64,000 bases of DNA from positions 9,701 through 73,700 of the forward strand of contig JAISJR010000006.1 of the NCBI GenBank assembly GCA_031261425.1, written 5' to 3'. The notes beneath the pieces were generated by a model. That model did not search any database. It saw nothing but the letters and a program-made list of their open reading frames with translations, and was not told the DNA's origin. The stretch comes from Planctomycetota bacterium. Its GTDB lineage: Bacteria > Planctomycetota > SZUA-567. Each line of letters begins with the position of its first letter. Position 1 is the stretch's first letter. Below are positions 1-8,878 of this stretch, piece after piece. The translations under genes were made by a program, and so were the position numbers.

Positions 1-493
1 TTGGACGCCGCCGGCAATTCGGGGCAATGCCGCTCGTTTAAGTCGCCGAGCAAATCCTGAAAGCGAAAACTCGCCGCGACGTATGCGCCGCCGGCTTTTT
101 GCGCGTGTTCGGCGATTAAATTTTGTAATTCGTCGCTCGGACGAAACAGTTCCGCGAACGCCGCGCCGTAATCCGCGCAACCGCAGTTGGTAAAAAGACA
201 AACCGGCGATTCTTTTCGGCTTAAAGCGGCGACGGCTTCCGCGAGTTCGTCCGCGCCGGCGTTAAGAAAATCGCGCGGACGGGTCTTGGCGGCGGCAGTC
301 GGCGTCCAATCGTAAGTATTCGGCAAGAGAAAATCGGTCAACGCGAACGGCGCGGTGAAATTGATTTGAAAGTTCAGCCCCTGCGCCTGACAAATCCGAT
401 ACAACGCGGCGATGCCGCGCAAGCGGTCGCTTAACCCGCCGGCGCGCTGACCGGTCGCCGTGTAAATAACTGTGGGGAGGTGGGAGGCAGTCA
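1..493 (-). CDS. Hypothetical protein, partial (3' end runs off the window); possible glycosyltransferase-like fold
   Basis: Minus-strand ORF starting at ATG 493 ('MTASHLPTVIYTATGQRAGGLSDRLRGIAALYRICQ...') with GC3-rich codon usage; it is missing from the ORF track because it runs off the edge. Confidence 0.45.
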
Positions 494-837
494 TCGTTTC
501 TTTTCTAAAAATGCGCGAAGCGCGACATCTAATCGCCCCGCAGGGGCGGCGCGTAACAGCCCAGCGCAACGCGCTGGGTAAAAACGCCCATAAAATTACG
601 CGCCCTGCAAGGGCAGTGCTAAAAATTTTCCACTGCCCTTACAGGGCGTCTGCATTTTCCGGCAACGCGAACCCAGCCCGCCGGAAAATCAAAGAGCCGA
701 TTTTCCTTTGGGCTGGGCTGTTACGCTCTGCCGCTTCGCGGCGTTTAGTGGAATTATCAAAATCACCGCCCCGTCAACCGGCGATACCGCCGCGCCTGCC
801 ACCCCTCCGTAGAACATACAAGAGGGGAATTTTACCG

Positions 838-2508
838 TTATGCCCCACTTCGCAAAAATTGTTCGGCGTAAAACTTCCAGATGGTTTTGGCGCCGCGCTC
901 GGCGCAGAGCGAAAACATCTGCCGCGCTTTTTCTTTTTGTCCGGCTTGCGCGAGCAACAACGCCACGCCGAAAGTTACGCAAATTTCATTCGGCGCGTGC
1001 CGCGCCGCGTTCGCCATCGCCGGCAACGCCTCGGCGTTTTTATCGTCCAACCAGAGCAGAAGCGCCAGCCGCCAATACGACAGCCAGACGCCTTTTTTTT
1101 CCTTTTCTTTCTCGACCTGTTTTTCCAATTGTTTGCGAAGCAGGGCGCGCATCGTCGGCGACAACGTTTTCAATTCCGGCGGGGCGAGCGACAACGCCGG
1201 ATTCTCCGCCAAATCCAGCGCCACGTGTTGCCCGAAAAACGCCAACTTTTCCGGCGGCATCGCGGCGGTTTCGCCCTGCGCCACCTGCGTCAGCCACTGC
1301 CGGTAATCGCGCTGAAAACTCTGCTGAAAATTGACCGCCGGAAACGCCGCTTTATAGGCGGTTTTTATCGCCGCCGCGTGTTGCAAACTGTCGAGCATCA
1401 TACTGAAATTGCCGACCGCGTTCGCCACCGCGTCGGCGGGTCCGTCCACCGGCGAGAGACCAATCACCAAACTGTCGCGGTCCCACTCATACACGCCGCG
1501 CCCGACAAACGGCGCCAACACCACCACCGGCGTCGCGTAACAATTGCGGTCGCACCAGCGCATTTTGTCGATGATTGCCGCCGTGTCCTGTCGCGTTACG
1601 CGGCGGCAGTAGTCGAGCAACACCGATTGCGAGCGCCGGACGCCGCCCGCCATCGCGCCGAGCGGAATAATCGTGCGCAAAAAACGCAGTTCGCCGCCCA
1701 AATAAGTCGTCAGCGCCGCCACGCGCGGGTCGCTTTCGGGGTCAATCGGGTCGTCAAATTCGTTCTCCGCCGCCACGATGACCGTCTTGCCGTCGTCGAT
1801 GGCGGCGAGCCACGCCTCGCGATAATTTTCGTCGATTTTTCCCCGAAGCGGCGTCGCCGGCAAAACGATTTTCGCCTGCGCGACCATTTCGCGCCGCAAT
1901 TTCGCGAGGCGGCTTCGCTGAATGAGCGCCGGTCGTTCGAGGCGGTCGCGCAGTCCGGCGCTCATCGTCGCGATTTGCTTGTCGAGGCGACCGCTGAGCA
2001 ACGCCTCCATCGCGGTCGCCGACACGCCGGGCAACTTCAATCCTTGCCCGCCGTTTTGCGTCGCGAAATAAGCGGCGATTGCCTGATACGGTTCGGCGAC
2101 ATCCGCCGCGCTTCGCTGATTTTCGGCGGTCGCCGCGACGGTGGCTTCGAGGTTAAACCGTTTGACGCGGTCGATGAGCCATTCGCTCAAATAAAAATGT
2201 TGCGGCAAGCCGGCGATGGATTTTTCCTGCTCCATTTCCGCTTCAAAATTTTCCGGCGCGTTGCCGACGAGGCGCGGGTCGAGCAAACCGAAATCCAACA
2301 ACCGCGCGTCGCGCTCGGAAAATTTCAGCGTCAAATCCGGCGTTATCGCGATGCTTTGCGCGACGACGGATTCGACCATCCGCCAATAAATCGCGTCCAA
2401 CGCGGCGGCGAGCGTCTGCTTTTCTTTCGCCGTCGCCGCCGTCGCGGGCGCGTCGCGCGCCGCGAGATACTTGACGATAAGTTCTTCTTTTTCGGAGGCG
2501 AGGGACAT
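838..2508 (-). CDS. Hypothetical protein with C-terminal TPR-like helical repeats
   Basis: 556-aa minus ORF with coding-like composition; the overlapping + ORF 472..2529 is Arg/Pro-rich antisense noise. Confidence 0.6.
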   Translation of the reverse strand: MSLASEKEELIVKYLAARDAPATAATAKEKQTLAAALDAIYWRMVESVVAQSIAITPDLTLKFSERDARLLDFGLLDPRLVGNAPENFEAEMEQEKSIAGLPQHFYLSEWLIDRVKRFNLEATVAATAENQRSAADVAEPYQAIAAYFATQNGGQGLKLPGVSATAMEALLSGRLDKQIATMSAGLRDRLERPALIQRSRLAKLRREMVAQAKIVLPATPLRGKIDENYREAWLAAIDDGKTVIVAAENEFDDPIDPESDPRVAALTTYLGGELRFLRTIIPLGAMAGGVRRSQSVLLDYCRRVTRQDTAAIIDKMRWCDRNCYATPVVVLAPFVGRGVYEWDRDSLVIGLSPVDGPADAVANAVGNFSMMLDSLQHAAAIKTAYKAAFPAVNFQQSFQRDYRQWLTQVAQGETAAMPPEKLAFFGQHVALDLAENPALSLAPPELKTLSPTMRALLRKQLEKQVEKEKEKKGVWLSYWRLALLLWLDDKNAEALPAMANAARHAPNEICVTFGVALLLAQAGQKEKARQMFSLCAERGAKTIWKFYAEQFLRSGA

Positions 2509-2577
2509 AGGCGGGCAATTAAGAATTAGAAAGTAAAAATTACGAATTACGAATTACGGCGCGAAGCGATTTCGATA

Positions 2578-2754
2578 ATCTCCGCTTAATTCCCCTCTAC
2601 GGAGGGGTGGCAATCGGCGGCTCTACCGCCGATTGACGGGGTGGTTTTTCGCGTTACCCCAGATTCCTTTGCGTGCTTATGGAGCAAAACGGGCAACCAC
2701 CCCGTCAGGCGAGATAGAGCGTTTCGCCTGCCACCCCTCCATAGAGGGGAATTT
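2578..2754. repeat. R5 structured element copy A (nested inverted repeats), sitting inside an R2-type palindrome
   Basis: Outer 24-bp perfect inverted repeat 'aattcccctctacggaggggtggc'/'gccacccctccatagaggggaatt', inner 'tgacggggtggtt'/'aaccaccccgtca', internal hairpins; related copies at 52501 and 57198. Confidence 0.8.
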
Positions 2755-2868
2755 AATTTGCCGCGCTTCGCGCAACTTTTAAGAACTTCGTAATTCGTAA
2801 TTTTTAATTCGTAATTTGAAACGGCGCTCACCGCGAGCGCCGACACTTACTCACAAACAGCGAATCGG

Positions 2869-4179
2869 TTACAACTTCCTCTCGCCGCCGACAAAGACCG
2901 CCGCCGGTTTGCCGCGCAATTTTTGTCCGTTCCACGGGCAATTTTTCGACTTCGATTTGAACTCGGCGGGGTTGACCGTCCATTCGCGCGTTAAATCCCA
3001 AAGCGTCAAATTCGCTTTCGCGCCGACGGATAAAGTTCCGCGCTCGCAACCGAGAATTTTCGCCGGCGCGGTCGTCATCGCCTCAATTACCCGCGCCAAA
3101 GGAATTTTTCCCGTGGCGACTAAATGCGTGTAAACGACGCCGAACGAGGTCTCCAAACCGAGCAAACCGAACGGCGCCTGCGCCATTTCGACTTCTTTTT
3201 CTTCTTGCAAATGCGGCGCGTGGTCGGAGGCAATCGCGTCAATCGTCCCGTCGGCGAGCGCCGCGACGCAGGCGTCAACGTCCGCCGCCGAGCGCAACGG
3301 CGGATTGACTTTATAGACCGGATTGAAACTCCGTAAATTCGCGTCCGTCAGCGTCAAATGGTGCGGCGTCGCTTCGGCGGTTACGGGCAGACCGGCGTTT
3401 TTCGCGGCGCGTAACATCGCGACGGCGCCGCGCGTGGAAATATGTTGCAAATGCAGCCGCGCGCCGGTGAGTTTTACCAACAATAAATCGCGGGCGACGA
3501 TGATTTCTTCGGCTTCCGCCGGAATACCGGGAAGTCCGAGTTCCGTCGCGACTTCGCCCTCGTTCATCACGCCGCCCGCCGCGAGCGACGGTTCCTCGCA
3601 GTGTTCGAGCAACGGTTTGCCGAGCATTTTGGCGTAGAGCAACGCTTGCCGCAACAGCGCCGCCGGACCGACCGCGCGTCCGTCGTCGCTGAACGCGACC
3701 GCGCCGCCCCGCGCCATATTCGCCATTTCCGCCAACCGCTCGCTCGCCCGACCGGCGGTAATCGCGCCGACCGCCAAGACCTCCGCCAGTTGCGCGGCGT
3801 GGGCTTCGCGGTAAATAAAATTGATGTCGGCTTCGGAATCAATCGCCGGTTCGGTGTTCGGCATACAGGCGACCGTGGTGAAACCGCCGGCAATCGCCGC
3901 CGCCGCGCCGGAGGCAATCGTTTCTTCGCTCTCGGCGCCGGGCTCGCGAAAGTGGACGTGCATATCAATCAGTCCGGGCGTAATCGTTTGACCGGCGGCG
4001 GAAAATTTTTCGACCGGCGCGGCGGCGGCGAGCGCGGCTTGCATTTGCGCCGCGCGGGCGGGCGTTCGGTCGTCGAGGGCTAAAATTTTGCCGTCGCCGA
4101 GAAGAATATCGGCGGGAACGTCGAACAACTTTTGCGCCGGGTCGATGACGCGCCCGCCGGTGATGAGCAGATGAGACAT
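2869..4179 (-). CDS. pyrC: Dihydroorotase
   Basis: 'DMHVHFREPG', 'SDHAPH' metal-binding motifs and full-length similarity to the class I dihydroorotase family; start at MSHLLITGG. Confidence 0.9.
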   Translation of the reverse strand: MSHLLITGGRVIDPAQKLFDVPADILLGDGKILALDDRTPARAAQMQAALAAAAPVEKFSAAGQTITPGLIDMHVHFREPGAESEETIASGAAAAIAGGFTTVACMPNTEPAIDSEADINFIYREAHAAQLAEVLAVGAITAGRASERLAEMANMARGGAVAFSDDGRAVGPAALLRQALLYAKMLGKPLLEHCEEPSLAAGGVMNEGEVATELGLPGIPAEAEEIIVARDLLLVKLTGARLHLQHISTRGAVAMLRAAKNAGLPVTAEATPHHLTLTDANLRSFNPVYKVNPPLRSAADVDACVAALADGTIDAIASDHAPHLQEEKEVEMAQAPFGLLGLETSFGVVYTHLVATGKIPLARVIEAMTTAPAKILGCERGTLSVGAKANLTLWDLTREWTVNPAEFKSKSKNCPWNGQKLRGKPAAVFVGGERKL

Positions 4180-4198
4180 AAACGCTCCTGAACAGTTC

Positions 4199-4316
4199 AA
4201 TTAACAATTAAAAATTAACAATTAACAATTGAGGAGTCATTGTTAAGACGGCGCGAAACGATTTTGAAAATAAGAACGCCACAATTTTTAATTGTCAATT
4301 GTCAATTGTTATATTG
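4199..4316. repeat. R2-type AT-rich palindromic element ('caattaacaattaaaaatt' arms)
   Basis: Inverted AT-rich arms 'caattaacaattaaaaattaacaattaacaattg' ... 'caatttttaattgtcaattgtcaattgtt' around a GC-containing core. Confidence 0.7.
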
Positions 4317-4372
4317 TGTATCTTGACGCTCGCCGCCGCTTACCTAAATTACACGCTTCGCTCATTTCGCGT

Positions 4373-4456
4373 GCGGAAGTGGCGGAACGGCAGACGCGCT
4401 TGGTTGAGGGCCAAGTGGGGCAACTCGTGGAGGTTCAAATCCTCTCTTCCGCACCA
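4373..4456 (+). tRNA. tRNA-Leu (anticodon GAG), class II with long variable arm, CCA encoded
   Basis: Acceptor stem gcggaag/cttccgc, discriminator A, CCA 3' end; anticodon stem cttgg/ccaag with loop 'ttGAGgg'; T-arm 'ggttcaaatcc'; long variable arm. Confidence 0.85.
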
Positions 4457-4604
4457 ATTCTTTTCGCGCCGGTTCACGGCTCGCCGGTTTATCGGCGCCT
4501 CGCGCTCGTTTTATCCAATCTCGTAAAAAGACGCCGGACAACTTTCGCGCCGCGCCGAACGCCGTATTATGCGGCAAGCGCGACGTTTCAACAAGGAGCG
4601 AACA

Positions 4605-5075
4605 ATGGAAATAACCAAAGTCGAAATCGGCAACCTGCAATTTGCCGCCGCGAAAATCACGCGACCGGACGCTTCGGCGGACGGAGCCGCCGGCGAAAAG
4701 GCGAACGCGGACAAAATCAAAAAAGAGTTGGCGGCGAAAACGGACAAAGCCCAAAAAGAATCGGCGGCGAAAGACGGGACCAACGCGGCGTTGGACGCGG
4801 CGCTGAAGGCAATGACCATCGCGGGGCGGATTGCCGACGGCGACCGCGTGCCGCCGCCGGACGAAGAATTTCTGCTTAATTACAACGCGAAATTGTATAT
4901 GAGCGTTAAAAGCATCGCCAAGAAAAAAGACGACCCCGCCGAACACGACAGTGTGTTGGCTGAGGAAAAAAGCGAAAGCGATGAAAGCGTCGAGGCGGCG
5001 GATATAGCGGCGGAAACGCCGGTCGCGAACGAGACGACCGTTGAAGCGGCAACGCCGGAGATTCCGCCGGCGTGA
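4605..5075 (+). CDS. Hypothetical acidic protein
   Basis: ATG preceded by AAGGAG 8 nt upstream; 'MEITKVEIGNLQFAAAKI...'; no recognisable domain. Confidence 0.6.
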   Translation: MEITKVEIGNLQFAAAKITRPDASADGAAGEKANADKIKKELAAKTDKAQKESAAKDGTNAALDAALKAMTIAGRIADGDRVPPPDEEFLLNYNAKLYMSVKSIAKKKDDPAEHDSVLAEEKSESDESVEAADIAAETPVANETTVEAATPEIPPA

Positions 5076-5116
5076 AAAGGTCCCGCCTTTCCTGTAAAAA
5101 TTATCAAGGTGCCGTT

Positions 5117-6748
5117 ATGCGCGCGTTTTACCGGTGGTTATTTTTGGCGTCCGCCGTGGTCGCGTCGGGGTTGCTCGCAACCGCATTGTTCGCGGCGGAG
5201 TCGCCCGCGCCCGTGTCGTCTGCAACCGCGTTGCCCGCAACTGCGTTGCCCGAACCGCCGGAGTGGGAAGACGCGGCGTTTATCGAAAAACTTATCGGCG
5301 CCACCGCCATCGACACGTTGGTTAATGAAAAAATCGCCCTGCCGCCGACCCTCGACCAAGCCGCCGAGCACCACGCGACGGCGTTGTCGTTGGACGCGGC
5401 GGTGTGGCAAGTCCTGCAAAATAACCTCAATCTCCAAAGCGTCCGGCTCGCGCCGGAAAAAAGCGAACAAGCCGTCCGCGCCGCGCGCGCCGCTTTCGAC
5501 CCGACGTTTTCCGCGTCCGCCGGTTACGACTTGCTCGACCATCAACATTCCGGCGCGACGGAAACCTACGGCAACGCCGCGTCCGGCGGCGTCGGCATTA
5601 CCGAGAAATTGCCGACCGGCACGACGGTGAAAGTCGGCGCCGATTGGAACGGTCAAGCCGCCGCGCCGCGCTCGCGCGGCGAATGGGAATTGTCCGGCGC
5701 CGGCAGCGTAACGCAAAAATTGTTGAAGGGGCGCGGGTTGGACATTAACTTAATTTCGGTGCGGCAGGCGCGGCTCGACGCGCAAATCAGCCGCTATCAA
5801 TTGCGCGACGCGGTCGAAGACGCGCTGGCGCAAACCGAGGACAATTACTGGGATTTGGTCTTGGCGCGGGAAGCCATCGTCATCCGGCAGGAAGCGTTAA
5901 ATCTCGCCGGCGAGCGTTTGCGCGAGACCGAAGAAAAAATCAACGTCGGCAAATTGGCGCCCGCCGACATCGCGCAAGCCCGCGGCGATGTTGCCGAAAA
6001 ATTCACCAATCTTCTCGCGGCGCGCCACGATTACGACCGCTTCTCATTAGAAATGTTAGCCCGCCTCAATCCGAGTAGCCGGCGCTTTCAGCCGCTCGCG
6101 GTGGCGGCGATGCCCGTCGCGCCCGTGGTGGAACTCGACCGTTTCCGCGACCACGTGGCGCTTGGACTGCGCGAGCGCCCCGACCTCAACGAAAGCCGAT
6201 TGCGGTTGCAACGCGGCGAACTCGAAGTCAAACGAACGCGCGACGGCTTGTTGCCGGATTTGGATTTGACCATCACGGTCGGCGGCGGCGGCGGCGGCAG
6301 TCGCGCCGGTTGGAACTGGACGAACAACGACGAATTCGCGGTCGGCGGACGCTTGGATTTTTCGCAACCGTTAGGGCGGCGGCAGGAAAAAGCCGCGCAT
6401 CGCCGCGCGGAAATCGACGCCGCGCAAGCGCGGTTGGCGTTGGAAAATTTGCAACTGCAAATCACGGTCGATATTCGCTTGCGCTATTTAAGCGTGAAAC
6501 GTTATCAGCGGGAAATCGCGACCACGGCGCTGGCGGTGAAGCAATACGAATTGGCGTTGGTGGCGATGCGGGAAAAATTTCGCGTCGGCGCGGCAACGTC
6601 GCTCGACGTGGCGACGGCGGAATTGCAATACACCGAAAGCCGCCTGCGCGCGGCGCAAGCGGTCATCAACACCATCAAAGAATTGACCGGACTTTATCGC
6701 GCCGACGGCTCGCTACTAACGCGGCGCGGCGTGCGGGTGGAGGAGTGA
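5117..6748 (+). CDS. TolC-family outer membrane efflux protein
   Basis: Signal peptide plus two tandem OEP-type helical/beta repeats ('LSLDAAVWQVLQNNLNLQ...', 'ARLDAQISRYQL...'). Confidence 0.8.
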   Translation: MRAFYRWLFLASAVVASGLLATALFAAESPAPVSSATALPATALPEPPEWEDAAFIEKLIGATAIDTLVNEKIALPPTLDQAAEHHATALSLDAAVWQVLQNNLNLQSVRLAPEKSEQAVRAARAAFDPTFSASAGYDLLDHQHSGATETYGNAASGGVGITEKLPTGTTVKVGADWNGQAAAPRSRGEWELSGAGSVTQKLLKGRGLDINLISVRQARLDAQISRYQLRDAVEDALAQTEDNYWDLVLAREAIVIRQEALNLAGERLRETEEKINVGKLAPADIAQARGDVAEKFTNLLAARHDYDRFSLEMLARLNPSSRRFQPLAVAAMPVAPVVELDRFRDHVALGLRERPDLNESRLRLQRGELEVKRTRDGLLPDLDLTITVGGGGGGSRAGWNWTNNDEFAVGGRLDFSQPLGRRQEKAAHRRAEIDAAQARLALENLQLQITVDIRLRYLSVKRYQREIATTALAVKQYELALVAMREKFRVGAATSLDVATAELQYTESRLRAAQAVINTIKELTGLYRADGSLLTRRGVRVEE

Positions 6749-6798
6749 ATTACGAATTAAAAATTACGAATTACGCGTAAGCAAATTTTAATTCTTAA

Positions 6799-7011
6799 CT
6801 CACGTTACGCGCCAAAAAATAGAAGCCACGAATGAACACGAAAAGAACTTAACACGAATTTTCACGAATTAGACGAATTAACACGAATTTTTTGTCCGTT
6901 CTCCGGCTCTTTATTTCGTGTAATTCGTGTAATTCGTGTAATTCGTGGACAAAAAATCTCTCTTTTTTATGCGTAAAAATTCGCGTCTTTTGGTTCACCG
7001 CATAACATCAG
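6799..7011. mobile_element. R4 MITE copy 1 (213 bp) with 7-bp TSD TTCTTAA
   Basis: Ends 'ctcacgttacgcgc...gcataacatcag'; identical 7-mer 'ttcttaa' at 6792-6798 and 7012-7018; inserted in AT-rich R2-type arms. Confidence 0.8.
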
Positions 7012-7090
7012 TTCTTAATTTTTAATTTTTAATTTGGCGCGGCGATAGATTCCATTGCCCGCCCCTCATTTACAAAAACGGAACTCACCT

Positions 7091-8692
7091 ATGCCTCTCG
7101 CAATAAAATTAACCGCCCTGTTGTGCGGCGCGGCGGTGATGGCGCTGGAAATGGTCGGCGTGCGGTTGCTCGAACCGTATCTCGGTAGCACCATTTACGT
7201 CTGGGGCGCGATTATCGGGATTTTTCTCGGCGCGTTGTCGCTCGGCTATTACCTCGGCGGCAATCTCGCCGACCGCTCGCCGAAATTTTCGACTTTATCC
7301 CTTTTGATTTTCGGCGCGGCGCTGTGGATTTTCGCCATTCCGCCGGCGTCCGGTTTCGTCGGCGAATGGGCGCTCGCGGCGTTCGCCGACCCGCGCTGGC
7401 AAGCGTTTTTCGCCGCGCTGATTTTGTATGCCGCGCCGAGCGTGTTATTGGGCGCGGTCAGCCCGTTTCTCGTGCGGCTCGCCGCGCGCGAGGTCGCGAA
7501 AATGGGACAAACCGCCGGCGGCATTTACGCGATTAGCACGTTCGGCTCGATTATCGGCACGTTTTTGGTGTCGTTCGTGTTGACCGAATACGTCGGCAGT
7601 ATGCGGATTACGTGGGGCATCGGCGCGGTTTTGTTGCTCGTCGCGGCGGGCGGTTGCGGCGCGCGTTATTGGGTGAAAGGCGTCGCCGTCGTCGCGTTGT
7701 TGACGGCGGGCGGATTTATCGCCGAGCAAGCGACGGCGGCGCAAGCCGTCGCCACCGGTTTCGGGCGCTCGCCGCAAGCCGCCGCGTGGCGCGAACGGGA
7801 GCAGGGCAAAAATTTGGCGACGCGCGAGTCGGCGTATCACCTCATCAACGTTTTCGACGGCAAATTCGATTTCAGCGACCGCGCGTTCACCGCCGGCGGC
7901 GCGCGTTATATGGTGTTCAACAACCAACTCGAAAGCGGCTGTTTGTTGGACGGCGGCGCGCCGACGGCGGCGACGGCTTGCGGCTATGTGAAATTGCTGT
8001 TTTTGGGCGCGCTTATCACCGGCGCCGCGCCGGAAAAAGTCGCGATTATCGGTTGCGGCGGCGGCGTGGGCGCGTTGATGTTTCGCGACGATTATCCCGA
8101 AGCGTCGCGCATCGACGTGGCGGATATTGACCCGGTGGTGTTTGAGTTGGCGGGAAAATTTTTCGGTTATCCCTATCCCGACCGCGCCGACGGCGTGATT
8201 CGCAGTTACGTGTCGGACGGGCGAAATTTTCTGCGCGGGGCGCCGGATAAAAATTGGGACTACCTCGTGTTGGACGCCTACACGGCGGGCGGGCGAATTC
8301 CGAAACATTTAATTTCGCGGGAATTTTTCGCGTTGGCGGAGCGCAAATTGACGGACGACGGCGTGGTGGTGGCGAACATCATCGGCGATTTCGGCGACGC
8401 GGGGCGTTTGCTTCGCGCCGTCGTCAAAACGGCGGGCGCGGTTTTCCGGCACGTGTATATTTTTCCGCGCCAATTAACCGGCGCGAGCAATATGTTGCTG
8501 GTCGGCTCCAATCACGCCGGCGACCGTCTGTCGCCGCGCGAATTACAAAGGCGTTTCGCGCAATTTAGCGGAACGCTCATCAAACAGTCGGTCGGCTACG
8601 CCGTCCGCAATTCTCCGGCGCAACCGTTAGACCTCGCCGCCGCGCCCCTCCTCACGGACGACTTCTGCCCGACCGACGGTATGTCCAACTAA
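7091..8692 (+). CDS. Fused polytopic membrane domain + spermidine synthase-like (aminopropyltransferase fold) protein
   Basis: N-terminal ~200 aa of hydrophobic helices; C-terminal 'VAIIGCGGGVGA...LVLDAYTAGG...VVVANIIGDF' class I MTase/spermidine synthase-type motifs. Confidence 0.75.
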   Translation: MPLAIKLTALLCGAAVMALEMVGVRLLEPYLGSTIYVWGAIIGIFLGALSLGYYLGGNLADRSPKFSTLSLLIFGAALWIFAIPPASGFVGEWALAAFADPRWQAFFAALILYAAPSVLLGAVSPFLVRLAAREVAKMGQTAGGIYAISTFGSIIGTFLVSFVLTEYVGSMRITWGIGAVLLLVAAGGCGARYWVKGVAVVALLTAGGFIAEQATAAQAVATGFGRSPQAAAWREREQGKNLATRESAYHLINVFDGKFDFSDRAFTAGGARYMVFNNQLESGCLLDGGAPTAATACGYVKLLFLGALITGAAPEKVAIIGCGGGVGALMFRDDYPEASRIDVADIDPVVFELAGKFFGYPYPDRADGVIRSYVSDGRNFLRGAPDKNWDYLVLDAYTAGGRIPKHLISREFFALAERKLTDDGVVVANIIGDFGDAGRLLRAVVKTAGAVFRHVYIFPRQLTGASNMLLVGSNHAGDRLSPRELQRRFAQFSGTLIKQSVGYAVRNSPAQPLDLAAAPLLTDDFCPTDGMSN

Positions 8693-8878
8693 ATAGACCG
8701 GTTCGACTTCGCGGCATCTTTTCGGCTGATTTTCCGTTCCGCCGCGGCAAAATTCCTCGCCATCCACCGGTCTAATCCCTCAACCACAATCGTTAAAGAA
8801 AATTTCCGCCAACGTCCGATAAACTGACGGGCGGCTGTCGCTTGGTGCCGTCCTCTTATCTTGACAGGAGGGACATCG

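Noticed and set aside
472-2529. 685-aa + strand ORF and many other long Arg/Pro/Gly-rich ORFs in the six-frame track (e.g. 840..1334, 9896..10690, 15055..16146, 34745..35863, 40477..41535)
   Set aside because: They run antisense to, or out of frame with, well-supported genes in a GC-rich genome and have low-complexity Arg/Pro/Gly composition typical of spurious high-GC ORFs.
2586-2846. ORFs called across R5 elements (2586..2846 -, 57208 start of the 225-aa + ORF)
   Set aside because: Sequence is a nested inverted repeat shared by three loci. The real downstream gene starts at the lipoprotein ATG 57400.
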